Shown here piece after piece: positions 10,186-19,242 of a stretch of 64,000 bases of DNA (position 1 is its first letter; each line of letters starts with the position of its first letter). Origin of the DNA: Candidatus Latescibacterota bacterium (GTDB lineage Bacteria > Latescibacterota > UBA2968 > UBA8231); the NCBI GenBank assembly GCA_965217585.1, contig OZ244561.1, positions 2,240,001 to 2,304,000 of the forward strand. Direction: 5' to 3'. A program made the translations under genes and the position numbers. Under the pieces are notes generated by a model. The model was not told the DNA's origin, did no database searches, and saw only the letters and a list, made by a program, of their open reading frames with translations.

Positions 10186-11034
10186 ATGAGCGCTACCTAT
10201 AATTACGAAGTCGTCGAACACTGGGGCCTAGGCCCCCAAGGCCGTCCCATGGGCGGCGTCGTGCCCGGAGTGGCCGCCGATGGCCAGGGCCGAGTCTTTG
10301 TGGCTCGCCGTCACCCGCCCGCCCTGCTGGTCTATGACCGCGACGGAGTCTATCTCGACACTTGGGGAGCCGATCTGCTAGGGAACCCCCATCTCCTGTG
10401 GGTTGACGGCGAGGACCAAGTGTACGCGGCCGACACCGACGACCACACCATCCGCTGCTTCAATCCGCAGGGGGAAGTGGTCCACACTTGGGGTACGCCG
10501 GGCGTGCCGGGCGCGCCCGACCAGCCCTTTAACCAGCCGACTAAAGCCATGCGCGGCCCTTCTGGGGATTTGTACGTGGCCGACGGGTACGGCCAATACC
10601 GCATCCACCGCATTTCGGACGCGGGAGAGTTGCTCCATTCGTGGGGATCTGCGGGCACTGGCCCGGGTCAATTCGCCCTGCCCCACAGCCTGTGGGTTGA
10701 CCGCGACGAGCGGGTCTGGGCCGTTGACCGCGAAAACAACCGCATCCAGCGCTTTGACTCCGAGGGTCGCTACTTGGACGAGTGGACCGACTTGGTAATG
10801 CCCATGGATCTCTTCATCACCTCAGATAATACAGTGTACATAGTCGAGGCCCCGTCGCGCGTCAGCATCTTCGACCTAGAGGGGCAGTTACTAGCCCGCT
10901 GGGGCGAGGATGGCGCGGCCCCGGGTCAATTCGCCGACTCCCCGCACAGCATTTGGGTGGATGAGGACGGCTCGCTGTACATCGGTGAAGTAGCTACCCT
11001 GCACGATAGGGTGCAGAAATTCCGCCGCGTTTAG
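10186..11034 (+). CDS. NHL-repeat beta-propeller (PAL-like, peptidyl-alpha-hydroxyglycine lyase family)
   Basis: FNQPT...LYVADGYG, WGSAGTGPGQFALPHSL, VDRENNRIQRFD repeats. Confidence 0.85.
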   Translation: MSATYNYEVVEHWGLGPQGRPMGGVVPGVAADGQGRVFVARRHPPALLVYDRDGVYLDTWGADLLGNPHLLWVDGEDQVYAADTDDHTIRCFNPQGEVVHTWGTPGVPGAPDQPFNQPTKAMRGPSGDLYVADGYGQYRIHRISDAGELLHSWGSAGTGPGQFALPHSLWVDRDERVWAVDRENNRIQRFDSEGRYLDEWTDLVMPMDLFITSDNTVYIVEAPSRVSIFDLEGQLLARWGEDGAAPGQFADSPHSIWVDEDGSLYIGEVATLHDRVQKFRRV

Positions 11035-11063
11035 GGACTACTAATTTTAATCAGGAAGATGAT

Positions 11064-12005
11064 ATGGAACTTGTGAGGTATCCAGACCGCCGCATTGAGG
11101 TGCTAGACGAGCGCTTCGCCAAGTACAAGCTGGCCAATGCCGCCCTCGAAATGCTCTGGACCGGTGGGCGCTGGCTCGAAGGCCCCGTGTGGTTTGGCGA
11201 CGGCCGCTATCTACTGTTTAGCGACATACCCAACAACCGCATTCTCAAGTGGGAAGAAGAGACCGGTGCCGTCTCGGTCTTCCGCAAACCATCGAATAAC
11301 ACCAACGGCAACGCGCGCGACCGCGAGGGACGATTGCTGTCGTGCGAACACGACGCGCGCCGCGTCACCCGGACGGAATACGATGGTTCGATCACCGTGT
11401 TGATGGACCAATTCGAGGGCAAGCCGTTGAATGCCCCCAACGACATCGTGGTGAAGTCGGATGGATCGATCTGGTTTACGGACCCCGGGTACGGCATTCT
11501 GCTGGACTACGAAGGGCATCTGGATAAGTTTGAGAATGCCGCTAACGTGTACCGTCTCGACCCGGACACGGGGGCGGCGACGGTGGTGGCCGGCGACTTC
11601 CAGCGGCCCAACGGCCTCTGCTTCAGCCCGGATGAGTCGCTGATATACATCGTCGATACCGGGCGCTCCGACGGCCCCGAATACCCTACCCACATCCGCG
11701 TTTTCGACGTCCATGGCGACCACATTACAAACGGGCGCGTGTTCGCGGACATGGGGCCTGGGTCGTCGGACGGGGTCCGCACGGATGTGGATGGCAACCT
11801 GTGGTCGGGGGCCTGCTGGGCGGGCGAGGGCTACGACGGCGTGCATTGTTTTGCCCCCGACGGCACCTTGATCGGCAAGATCCACCTGCCGGCGCCCTGC
11901 GCCAACCTCTGCTTCGGCGGTGCTAAGAAAAACAGGCTGTTCATAACCTGTTCGCAGTCGCTGTTTTCGGTGTACGTCGAGACGAACGGGGCTCAGAAAC
12001 CGTAG
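11064..12005 (+). CDS. SMP-30/gluconolactonase-family protein
   Basis: WLEGPVW, FSDIPNNRI, LNAPNDIVV, PNGLCFSPDE and DGVRTDVDGNLW motifs. Confidence 0.93.
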   Translation: MELVRYPDRRIEVLDERFAKYKLANAALEMLWTGGRWLEGPVWFGDGRYLLFSDIPNNRILKWEEETGAVSVFRKPSNNTNGNARDREGRLLSCEHDARRVTRTEYDGSITVLMDQFEGKPLNAPNDIVVKSDGSIWFTDPGYGILLDYEGHLDKFENAANVYRLDPDTGAATVVAGDFQRPNGLCFSPDESLIYIVDTGRSDGPEYPTHIRVFDVHGDHITNGRVFADMGPGSSDGVRTDVDGNLWSGACWAGEGYDGVHCFAPDGTLIGKIHLPAPCANLCFGGAKKNRLFITCSQSLFSVYVETNGAQKP

Positions 12006-12103
12006 AGCCCCCATCTCTTGGTCTGGGCAAGAAGCCCGCCCAGCGGAGTTGACCAAGGTTCAAAGGCCCGTTTAACTTCCTATCCTTCTGAATCGAGGAT
12101 GAG

Positions 12104-13096
12104 ATGCACGGAGTCGGAATCATCGGTGCTGGCAGCGTATCCAGGGGACATCTGCGGGCGGTAGCGGCCCTTGAATCTACGCACTTGCGGGCGGTCGCCG
12201 ACACCCAAGCGGAACGCCTAGCCGGCGTCTGCACGGAGTACGGCTGCCAAGGCTATTCCTCCTATGAGAGTCTGCTCGCGGACGATCGAGTTGACCTCGT
12301 CATCGTCTGCCTGCCTCACGGCCTGCACTGCGAAGTGACCGTAGCCGCCTTGGAGGCCGGCAAACACGTGCTGGTGGAAAAACCAATGGCCGTCAACGTG
12401 GAGCAGTGCGACGCCATGATCGCGGCTGCGCGGCGGACCGGCAACCAGCTCTCCGTCGGCCACATGCATCGCTTCTCGCCAACGAACCGGGCCGTGAAGA
12501 AGCTGCTGCGCGAGCAGGCTGTGGGCGATCTGGTCTGTCTCTGCGACGAGGCCTACCGCCCCTTCAACCCCAACAGACCGGCTTGGTACCTCGACAAGGC
12601 GACGCATGGGGGCTTGTGGTATCAGAACGGCATCCACCTGATTGATCGCGCCTGCTGGTGGACGGGCAGTCGCGTCGTCGCTGCCAAAGCCTTGATCGAC
12701 AGCCGTTTCTTCGAATTCTCAGCGGACGACGTGGCCATGGCGCTTTTGCAATTCGACAACGGCGTGTACTCGACCCTGATTCACGTGTGGTGGAGGACGG
12801 GCGGGCGGCGTTACAGCACGGAGTTCGTCTGCACGGACGGCATGATCCAACTGCGCAAGGGGATCGAATCGCGAAGGGACGATCTCTTCATCGGCCGGGA
12901 CGGGGACTGGGAACAGGTCGAGGTGGCCGAAAACCACGACACCACGACGCGGCAGTTGGGCGCGTTCGTCGAGGCGATTGACGCGGGAACGGAGCCACCG
13001 GTGACGGCCGAATACGCCCGCCATCTGGTGGCGATACTGACGGCGTGCATGGAGTCGTCCCGTCTCGGCAGAGAAGTGGTGCTTGCGGATCCATAA
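12104..13096 (+). CDS. Gfo/Idh/MocA-family oxidoreductase
   Basis: GIIGAG Rossmann motif; AGKHVLVEKPMA; GIHLID. Confidence 0.92.
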   Translation: MHGVGIIGAGSVSRGHLRAVAALESTHLRAVADTQAERLAGVCTEYGCQGYSSYESLLADDRVDLVIVCLPHGLHCEVTVAALEAGKHVLVEKPMAVNVEQCDAMIAAARRTGNQLSVGHMHRFSPTNRAVKKLLREQAVGDLVCLCDEAYRPFNPNRPAWYLDKATHGGLWYQNGIHLIDRACWWTGSRVVAAKALIDSRFFEFSADDVAMALLQFDNGVYSTLIHVWWRTGGRRYSTEFVCTDGMIQLRKGIESRRDDLFIGRDGDWEQVEVAENHDTTTRQLGAFVEAIDAGTEPPVTAEYARHLVAILTACMESSRLGREVVLADP

Positions 13097-13100
13097 TAGC

Positions 13101-14501
13101 ATGAACGACACCGATCTGTGCTATCTCTCCGGCTCTGAACTGCGCCGCCTGTACGAGCGCCGCGAGCTGTCCCCGGTGGAAGCCACCGAGGCTGTGCTGC
13201 GCCGAATCGAATCGCTCGACCCCAAGCTCAACGCCTTCGTCACGGTCACGCCGGAGCGGGCTTTGGCCGAGGCGCGCGCCGCCGAAGCCGCCTTTGCTGG
13301 CGCTGAGGATCCACCTCCTCTGGCCGGCATACCCGGTTCGCTGAAGGATCTGACGGCGACGCGTGGGATCCGCACCACCCGGGGGTCGCTGCTGACCGCC
13401 GACTGGATCCCGGACTTCGACGCGCCCCTTGTCGAACGTCTACGCGACGCCGGCATGGTGCTGCTCGGCAAGACGAATACGCCGGAGCTCGGCTGGAAGG
13501 GAGATTCGGGCAATCGCGTCGTTGGGCCAACTCACAACCCTTGGCGTCATGGGCGCACGCCGGGCGGTTCCAGCGGCGGAGCCGCGGCGGCCGTGGTCGC
13601 TGGCATGGGCGTGCTGGCCCAGGGCACGGATGGTGCTGGCTCGATCCGCATCCCGGCTGGCTTCTCGGGCGCCTTTGGCTTCAAACCCTCTTGGGGACGG
13701 GTGCCTCAGTACCCGGCCAGCGTGGTGGAGACCCTGTCCCACGCCGGGCCAATCACCCGCACCGTCGGCGACGCCGTGCGGATGCTTGACGTCATGGTCG
13801 GTCCCGATGAGCGAGATCGCACCTCGATGCCAGCCGAACCGTTGGCGCTTGACGATATCGAGGCTGGCGTGGATGGGCTACGCGTGGCTTGGTCGCCTGA
13901 CTTAGGGTACGCGGCCGTTGATGCCCAAGTCGTTGAGACTGCACAAGCGGCTGCCTGTCGCTTCTCGGATCTCGGTTGCACCATCGAGGAGGCGCACCCG
14001 GCCGGCGAAGATCCGTGGCGTCTCATCCACGTCCTGTGGTCAACGGCTTTCGCCGCGACCTTCCGCGACCAGTTCGACCAGATCGCCGATCGCCTCGATC
14101 CGGGCCTGCGCGCCGTCGTCGAAGAGGGGTTCGGGTTTCGTGGGACGGACGTGGCCAGTGCCTATATAGAGCGCAACGCGTACTACCACCAATGGCGGGA
14201 GTTCTACGAGCGCTACGACCTGCTGCTGACGCCGACGCTGCCGGTCACCGCCTTTGCCGCGGGCGACGACCACCCCGGTTCGATCGCCGGCCGCGACACC
14301 TCCTACCTGAACTGGACTGCCTTCACCTACCCGGTGAACCTCACCGGCCTGCCCGCTGCCAGCGTGCCTTGCGGCCGCGTCGATGGCCTGCCCGTGGGTC
14401 TGCAGATCATCGGCGGCTGGCGTCAGGATCGCACCGTGTTGCGCGCCGCCCGCGCCTTCGAGCAGCTCGCCCCCTGGAGCCACGAGCGCCCGCTTCTCTG
14501 A
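13101..14501 (+). CDS. Amidase signature-family amidase
   Basis: LKD catalytic Lys; GKTNTPE; PGGSSGGAAA; GTDGAGSIRIPA. Confidence 0.93.
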   Translation: MNDTDLCYLSGSELRRLYERRELSPVEATEAVLRRIESLDPKLNAFVTVTPERALAEARAAEAAFAGAEDPPPLAGIPGSLKDLTATRGIRTTRGSLLTADWIPDFDAPLVERLRDAGMVLLGKTNTPELGWKGDSGNRVVGPTHNPWRHGRTPGGSSGGAAAAVVAGMGVLAQGTDGAGSIRIPAGFSGAFGFKPSWGRVPQYPASVVETLSHAGPITRTVGDAVRMLDVMVGPDERDRTSMPAEPLALDDIEAGVDGLRVAWSPDLGYAAVDAQVVETAQAAACRFSDLGCTIEEAHPAGEDPWRLIHVLWSTAFAATFRDQFDQIADRLDPGLRAVVEEGFGFRGTDVASAYIERNAYYHQWREFYERYDLLLTPTLPVTAFAAGDDHPGSIAGRDTSYLNWTAFTYPVNLTGLPAASVPCGRVDGLPVGLQIIGGWRQDRTVLRAARAFEQLAPWSHERPLL

Positions 14502-14514
14502 CCTAGAGAAAAGC

Positions 14515-14609
14515 TCAACCAGCAGTTGACCGACTTTCGCGTTCCTCAATGCCGACAACTGGGTAAACCCGCTATTTTGGTTGTGCAGGTAACAACAACC
14601 ATCGCTTGA
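14515..14609. promoter_or_regulatory. Probable XRE autoregulatory operators (CAAC-N5-GTTG)
   Basis: Perfect TCAAC-CAGCA-GTTGA at 14515-14529 and degenerate ACAAC-CATCG-CTTGA at 14595-14609, just upstream of the XRE gene. Confidence 0.45.
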
Positions 14610-14652
14610 TGGCAGGATGCTGTACATACCCAAGATAAAGGAGAAGAGCGCA

Positions 14653-15411
14653 ATGATTGACCCAGCAGAGCTTGGACAAAGGATACAGGAGAGACGGAAG
14701 CAGCAGGGACTCACCCAGGAACAACTGGGCAACGACCTATTCGTTAGCCCACAGGCCGTTTCCAAGTGGGAGAACGGCGAGTCGCTGCCCGATATTGGGA
14801 CGTTCCCAGCCTTGTGCAAAACGCTGGGCACTTCGGCCGATGCGCTGTTGGGAATTGACAGTGAACTCGGGATTGAGACGCTCGGCGTCAAATTGGCTCA
14901 GCGCATTGACGACCTCAGAGACAAGGAGGAACAACATGCCGCTCTGATGACGGCACTAGGACTTCTAATTCTCACTTGTGATACGACGAATCAGGATTCG
15001 ATTATCTCCTATCGACTATCGGATCAGGGACTTGTGGGCTTCAAATTTTGGAGCCGTAGCGGCTTTGTATGCTTTGCCGGAGGCGAAGCCCTAGAAGAAG
15101 ACACCCCATTGTCCGATACGGTGGATAGCCTTCGCATCCTCTTCGCGCCCGAGTGCTGGCCCGTCGTTTTCTTCCTTCTGAGTGGCCCTAAAAAGTTTGC
15201 TGCACTGTTGGCAGCAGAACTGGCTGAGTCTTCGCAGGCACTGGCAGATGTACTTGGCAAACTGATTGAAGCAGGGCTGTTGGTGCAAGATAAGTATGGC
15301 TATCAGTTACAAGAGAATGACGGATTACTTCTGGTGGGAATGATCAAGGCCTTTTGTCTGGCGCGCTCGAGATGTGGATCCGGCGTTGTTGAAAAAAGGG
15401 GAGTTAGCTGA
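14653..15411 (+). CDS. XRE-family HTH transcriptional regulator with extended C-terminal region
   Basis: GQRIQERRKQQGLTQEQLGNDLFVSPQAVSKWENGESLPDI; possible winged helix near the C-terminus; alternative start at 14617. Confidence 0.88.
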   Translation: MIDPAELGQRIQERRKQQGLTQEQLGNDLFVSPQAVSKWENGESLPDIGTFPALCKTLGTSADALLGIDSELGIETLGVKLAQRIDDLRDKEEQHAALMTALGLLILTCDTTNQDSIISYRLSDQGLVGFKFWSRSGFVCFAGGEALEEDTPLSDTVDSLRILFAPECWPVVFFLLSGPKKFAALLAAELAESSQALADVLGKLIEAGLLVQDKYGYQLQENDGLLLVGMIKAFCLARSRCGSGVVEKRGVS

Positions 15412-15442
15412 ATAGGGAATGATCAAGGCTCTTTGTCTGGCG
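15336..15442 (+). repeat. 28-bp imperfect direct repeat (26/28) covering the XRE 3' end and a downstream orphan C-terminus
   Basis: GGGAATGATCAAGGCCTTTTGTCTGGCG at 15336-15363 versus GGGAATGATCAAGGCTCTTTGTCTGGCG at 15415-15442. Confidence 0.9.
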
Positions 15443-15539
15443 AGCGTGAGAGAGGATATTGGGAGAGGTATATTTGTGAATAGTACGACGGAATGAAGAA
15501 TCCGTCGATCGGCCTGTCAGGTCGCCGAACTTGACTGAA

Positions 15540-15605
15540 TCAGGCAAGTTCGAGGTCCGGCTCCCGGAGCAGGATGGCGATGATCGCCGAGGAGTCGAGG
15601 ATCAT
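15540..15605 (-). pseudogene. vapC: VapC (PIN) toxin remnant, 21 aa
   Basis: MILDSSAIIAILLREPDLELA*; starts in an ATGA overlap with the upstream antitoxin; classic VapC N-terminus. Confidence 0.8.
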
Positions 15606-15874
15606 GCGCCATCCCTGCCGTAGCCTAGGATGTCTTCCTCTTCATCCCGACTCAGCTTTCTGCCTAGCTCCGAGGGTGGTACGTGGGGCCAAACCTCTGT
15701 TTCTAGGAATCGGCGCAACCGTCCTCCACGGTCATTGGCGGCACCTTGGTAGGCTAGGCGAGCGCGACGCTCCTCTAGGGATCTACGCACGGCCTCTGTT
15801 TTGCTCTCTCCTGTGAGGAGGGAAACCTCCTCGATCAGCCGTTCGATATCCTTGTTCTCGATTTTCAAGCTCAT
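15602..15874 (-). CDS. vapB: VapB-type antitoxin (Rv0623-like)
   Basis: MSLKIENKDIERL...TGESKTEAVRRSLEER...EEEDILGYG; coupled to the vapC remnant. Confidence 0.8.
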   Translation of the reverse strand: MSLKIENKDIERLIEEVSLLTGESKTEAVRRSLEERRARLAYQGAANDRGGRLRRFLETEVWPHVPPSELGRKLSRDEEEDILGYGRDGA

Positions 15875-16094
15875 GGGATGCCTTTCGCTGCCATTGGACC
15901 GTCCAGAGGTAGATGCATGCTCGAAAAGTGGGAAGAAGGTCAAAAAAAGTCAACCTAGGTCCACTCGGCCGGGCGCAGCGATGTTCTGTTGGCTATTTTC
16001 CGTCTCCTCGGGGGTGATTTCTCCGTGCGTCTGCGGCGTTAAAGTAGGCGTCGAGACGGGAAGGGACGATGATCCATTGATGCGGCGGCTAAGC

Positions 16095-16111
16095 TAGTCT
16101 ATATTAGACTA
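16095..16111. promoter_or_regulatory. Palindromic operator of the Phd-VapC operon
   Basis: TAGTCTA-TAT-TAGACTA overlapping a TATAAC -10-like box; GGAGGAG RBS follows. Confidence 0.6.
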
Positions 16112-16136
16112 TAACGACAACCTAGCTGGAGGAGCT

Positions 16137-16421
16137 ATGACCGCCCGACACTCAGAATCCCACCGCGTTTGGACCGTCGCCGAGGCCAAGGCGCGTTTGT
16201 CCGAAGTCCTGCGTCGCGCCGAAGAGGAAGGGCCTCAACATATCGGCATGCGAAAGTCCTTCGTTGTAGTCCCCGCCCACGTATGGGCCGAGAAAGAGTC
16301 GCAGCGCCAACCCATGGGCCAGTGGTTGGTAGCCAACATGCCCCGTGGCGCGAACCTCGAGATCACCAGAAATAGAGAATCCCGGCGGGAAATCCCATTC
16401 GCGTCTGAAGACACAGGGTGA
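16137..16421 (+). CDS. Phd/YefM-family antitoxin
   Basis: WTVAEAKARLSEVLRRAEEEGPQHI motif; GTGA overlap with the PIN toxin gene. Confidence 0.88.
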   Translation: MTARHSESHRVWTVAEAKARLSEVLRRAEEEGPQHIGMRKSFVVVPAHVWAEKESQRQPMGQWLVANMPRGANLEITRNRESRREIPFASEDTG

Positions 16422-16930
16422 GCGGGTTTCTGCTAGACACCAATGTGGTCTCGGAGTTGACAAAAGACGCGCCCAATCCGCGGGTTCTCGCATTCCTGAC
16501 CGAACAAGACGACTTGTGGTTATCCGCGATAGTGTTGTATGAGCTGGAGTTTGGCTTGCAACTGCTGCCGCCGGGACAACGTCGCGACGGGTTGCGGTCG
16601 GTGCTGTCAGAGTTCATTTCGGCGTATGAGGACCGCATCCTGCCCTTGGAGAGGACGGGGGCAGAGCGGGCTGCCCAATTCCGGGCGCAGGCGCATCGCT
16701 CCGGTCGCGTGCTGGACTTGGGGGATGCGCTGATCGCCGGGACAGCCAAAGTTCATGGCCTCTCTGTTGCGACGCGGAACGTCGGGGACTTCGCAGACCT
16801 AGACGTGGACGTCACCAACCCTTGGGAAGACGCCTTAACCCCCCTCAACCAATCCACCGTCGAAGCGAGTGAGGATAGTGCCGACCCACTGGAAAAGGAG
16901 ACTGGAAATAATGCGGAACATGGCGAATAA
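16418..16930 (+). CDS. vapC: VapC/PIN-domain toxin
   Basis: FLLDTNVVSE, DALIAGTA and VATRNVGDF...NPW motifs; about 30-aa atypical tail after NPW. Confidence 0.9.
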   Translation: MSGFLLDTNVVSELTKDAPNPRVLAFLTEQDDLWLSAIVLYELEFGLQLLPPGQRRDGLRSVLSEFISAYEDRILPLERTGAERAAQFRAQAHRSGRVLDLGDALIAGTAKVHGLSVATRNVGDFADLDVDVTNPWEDALTPLNQSTVEASEDSADPLEKETGNNAEHGE

Positions 16931-17002
16931 ACTCTGGCGGGCGTGAGAGAGGGTAAGCGACGGTGTTATCTATAATTGAATTAAGAAGGTGAGGGTGCGC
17001 CA

Positions 17003-17878
17003 ATGAAGGTGAGAAAGATCGTCTATCTGATTCACTCAATGCTCTACAGCGACTTGGCCGCCACCGATCCGAAAACCCTGCGCAACACGAACGCCGGGAT
17101 CTATCTCGAGCGCGAGTTGCTGTGCGAACGACGTTGGCGCGCGGCGATCCGTCAACTGGAGCCGGATGCGATTTACGCCCAGCTCGACGGGGGGCGGGAA
17201 ATCCTCGCCTACGCTAGGCAACAACTCAGTGACGACCGCGTTCTCGAGCCCCACGCCGAGTGGTATGACGGGATCGACCCCGAGCAGTACAGGCAGGCCC
17301 TGACCGACTCGTTCTCGTCGCAACTAGCCGACAAGGGTCATCACCTCGATTGCGAGACCACCGAGCTGGAGTTGTGGGGCGAGTCATTCACTGGATGTGT
17401 TTACGGTTACGGCACCGCACTTGGCCGACAGCTCGGTCTCAAGACTCCGGCGTTTGACAACTTTGACATGACGGTGCCAGACCAACGCCTCCTTTGCAAA
17501 GCGGAGTTGGTGACCCATTTTTTGCTCCCGGACAGCGCCACGCGAGGTTACCTCTTCGACGGTCCACTGGGCTATCCGATCGGCCTCTTCATCGACGGGT
17601 TCAGGACGAGTGACGCAGGAGCGACGGGCAAGATTAGGCTCGACCTGGACCCTAATAAAGTGATGTTGGAAAGCCCCTTGGGGATTACCCTGCATGCCCA
17701 GCTCAGCATCGACCGACCCAATCGCAAGATCCCCGTACATCCCACGCGCGACTTTGACGGCATAACGGCTACTGCCACGGGGCTGGAAATACCACGGGGT
17801 TGCGAGCACTCTATTCTGGGTGTTCTGATGAGCCCGGCCGACTTGCTCGCGGCCATGCAAACCGCCACCGTCTGCTAA
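17003..17878 (+). CDS. Hypothetical protein (possible remote cysteine-hydrolase fold)
   Basis: 291-aa ORF with RBS and an upstream TATAAT; LWGESFTGCV motif. Confidence 0.65.
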   Translation: MKVRKIVYLIHSMLYSDLAATDPKTLRNTNAGIYLERELLCERRWRAAIRQLEPDAIYAQLDGGREILAYARQQLSDDRVLEPHAEWYDGIDPEQYRQALTDSFSSQLADKGHHLDCETTELELWGESFTGCVYGYGTALGRQLGLKTPAFDNFDMTVPDQRLLCKAELVTHFLLPDSATRGYLFDGPLGYPIGLFIDGFRTSDAGATGKIRLDLDPNKVMLESPLGITLHAQLSIDRPNRKIPVHPTRDFDGITATATGLEIPRGCEHSILGVLMSPADLLAAMQTATVC

Positions 17879-17909
17879 GAAGGTGATGGGCACGAGCGGG
17901 CCGGTTCTT

Positions 17910-19067
17910 TTACCAGCTCGCGATGAACTCGTCGACGTTCATCGCCGGCATTTCCTCAAAGCGGTACGTGGTGGGCTCCTTGCACTGGAAACCGGGGATG
18001 AGATGCGGCTCATCCACCTGAAGGAGCCGGTCGAACTCGGCGAAACGCTGCCACAGAAGGTCTGCTTCCTCCTGGGTAAAGCGGCTGCCGACCGGACCCC
18101 GGGTGCGGAGAACAGAGCCTTTCGCCATCTTGGATAGCTGCACCACGCAGGACATCTTGCCCACTGCACCCGAATGGAGTTCGGCAAGCCCCGCGAGAAA
18201 CGTCTCGTCGTCTCTGGCCATCATCGCGCGGAACATGCGCTCCATGGTGTCGTGTTCATTGGCCAGCAACTCGCCGAAACGTCGGAACCGGGATGCTAGG
18301 TGTTCTGGCAGCATATCGACGATATCCGGCGGCCAGTGAACGGCGTAGGCTCCGGTGAGGCTGCCGTTGTTAAAGGCGCGGTACGCAAATTGGATGGTCC
18401 GTCTCAATTTCGTGCTGTAGTTGCTGCCCCAATGCAAGATCGGTGTGAGATAGACGATTCCGTCACCAGCTCGGAGTTTGATCGGAATACCACCGTCGAT
18501 GGGCTCGTGCTCGCTGATGGATAGCTGCCGGTTTTCGGCTGCCGTGTTGAAGCGGCGATGGCTCCCCGGTACCAGCCAGAAGACATCGTCGTCGTACAGG
18601 GCGATGTTCCATTGCGTGTAACACGGGGGGTTGTTGAAGAAGTCGGTGTAGTAGGCTTCGACCGGACCGTGCACTGGCGGGCTGATGTCGCGATGCCAGT
18701 CTGACGGCCCGTGGTCGGTGCGCGGGTTGCAGAACATGCCGAACTGTGTTGGCACCACGTCTTCGGTCTGCATGATCTGCTTGCTGATGCCGTACGTGTT
18801 CTCGTGAAACAGGAACTCAACCGACTCGTGAGCACGGCGGTCGATTACCCTGTTGAACATGACGCGTGGCTGTTTGCCGACCTCCCATTCGCCGCCCGGC
18901 GGTTGGTCCGGGGTGCGTTGTTCTGCCCACCACGTCTTGTGCCGCTCCAGCATCTGCTCGCAGTGTGTCCGCATCGACTCCAGTTGATCTGGTGGGACGC
19001 ACTCGGGGACGATGAGGTAGCCTGAATTTAGCAGTTTTTTGCTGTCGACGATCAATTTTCGCTCCAT
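17910..19067 (-). CDS. PhyH-family dioxygenase (long form)
   Basis: GYLIVPEC; WHRD; VPGSHRR; LHWGS. Confidence 0.85.
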   Translation of the reverse strand: MERKLIVDSKKLLNSGYLIVPECVPPDQLESMRTHCEQMLERHKTWWAEQRTPDQPPGGEWEVGKQPRVMFNRVIDRRAHESVEFLFHENTYGISKQIMQTEDVVPTQFGMFCNPRTDHGPSDWHRDISPPVHGPVEAYYTDFFNNPPCYTQWNIALYDDDVFWLVPGSHRRFNTAAENRQLSISEHEPIDGGIPIKLRAGDGIVYLTPILHWGSNYSTKLRRTIQFAYRAFNNGSLTGAYAVHWPPDIVDMLPEHLASRFRRFGELLANEHDTMERMFRAMMARDDETFLAGLAELHSGAVGKMSCVVQLSKMAKGSVLRTRGPVGSRFTQEEADLLWQRFAEFDRLLQVDEPHLIPGFQCKEPTTYRFEEMPAMNVDEFIASW

Positions 19068-19242
19068 TCTGAGAAGGGGAGTTGGCGGTGTTGCTTTGCA
19101 GGTAGTGTCGATGGGAAGAATAAGGCGTCATCGGTAGTTGGATCAAGGACTGACCTTGCCCCATTGGGGGACGCCCTCTAATTTGGCCCAAGCATACGAC
19201 AATCCTTTTCAATGGCCGCATCAGCCGCATCGGAGGGACCCC

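Noticed and set aside
14586-15410. CAGGTAAC (14586) and GTTAGCTG (about 15403) as attC cores around the XRE gene
   Set aside because: Wrong orientation and geometry relative to the gene, and no supporting internal inverted repeat
15336-15496. Diversity-generating retroelement VR/TR pair
   Set aside because: Differences are not confined to adenines, homology is only 28 bp, and there is no reverse transcriptase in the window
16832-16971. attC site between vapC and the 17003 gene (CCTTAAC...GTTATCT)
   Set aside because: The only inverted repeat (CACCGTCG/CGACGGTG) is not positioned like L boxes, and the downstream gene lacks a matching R''
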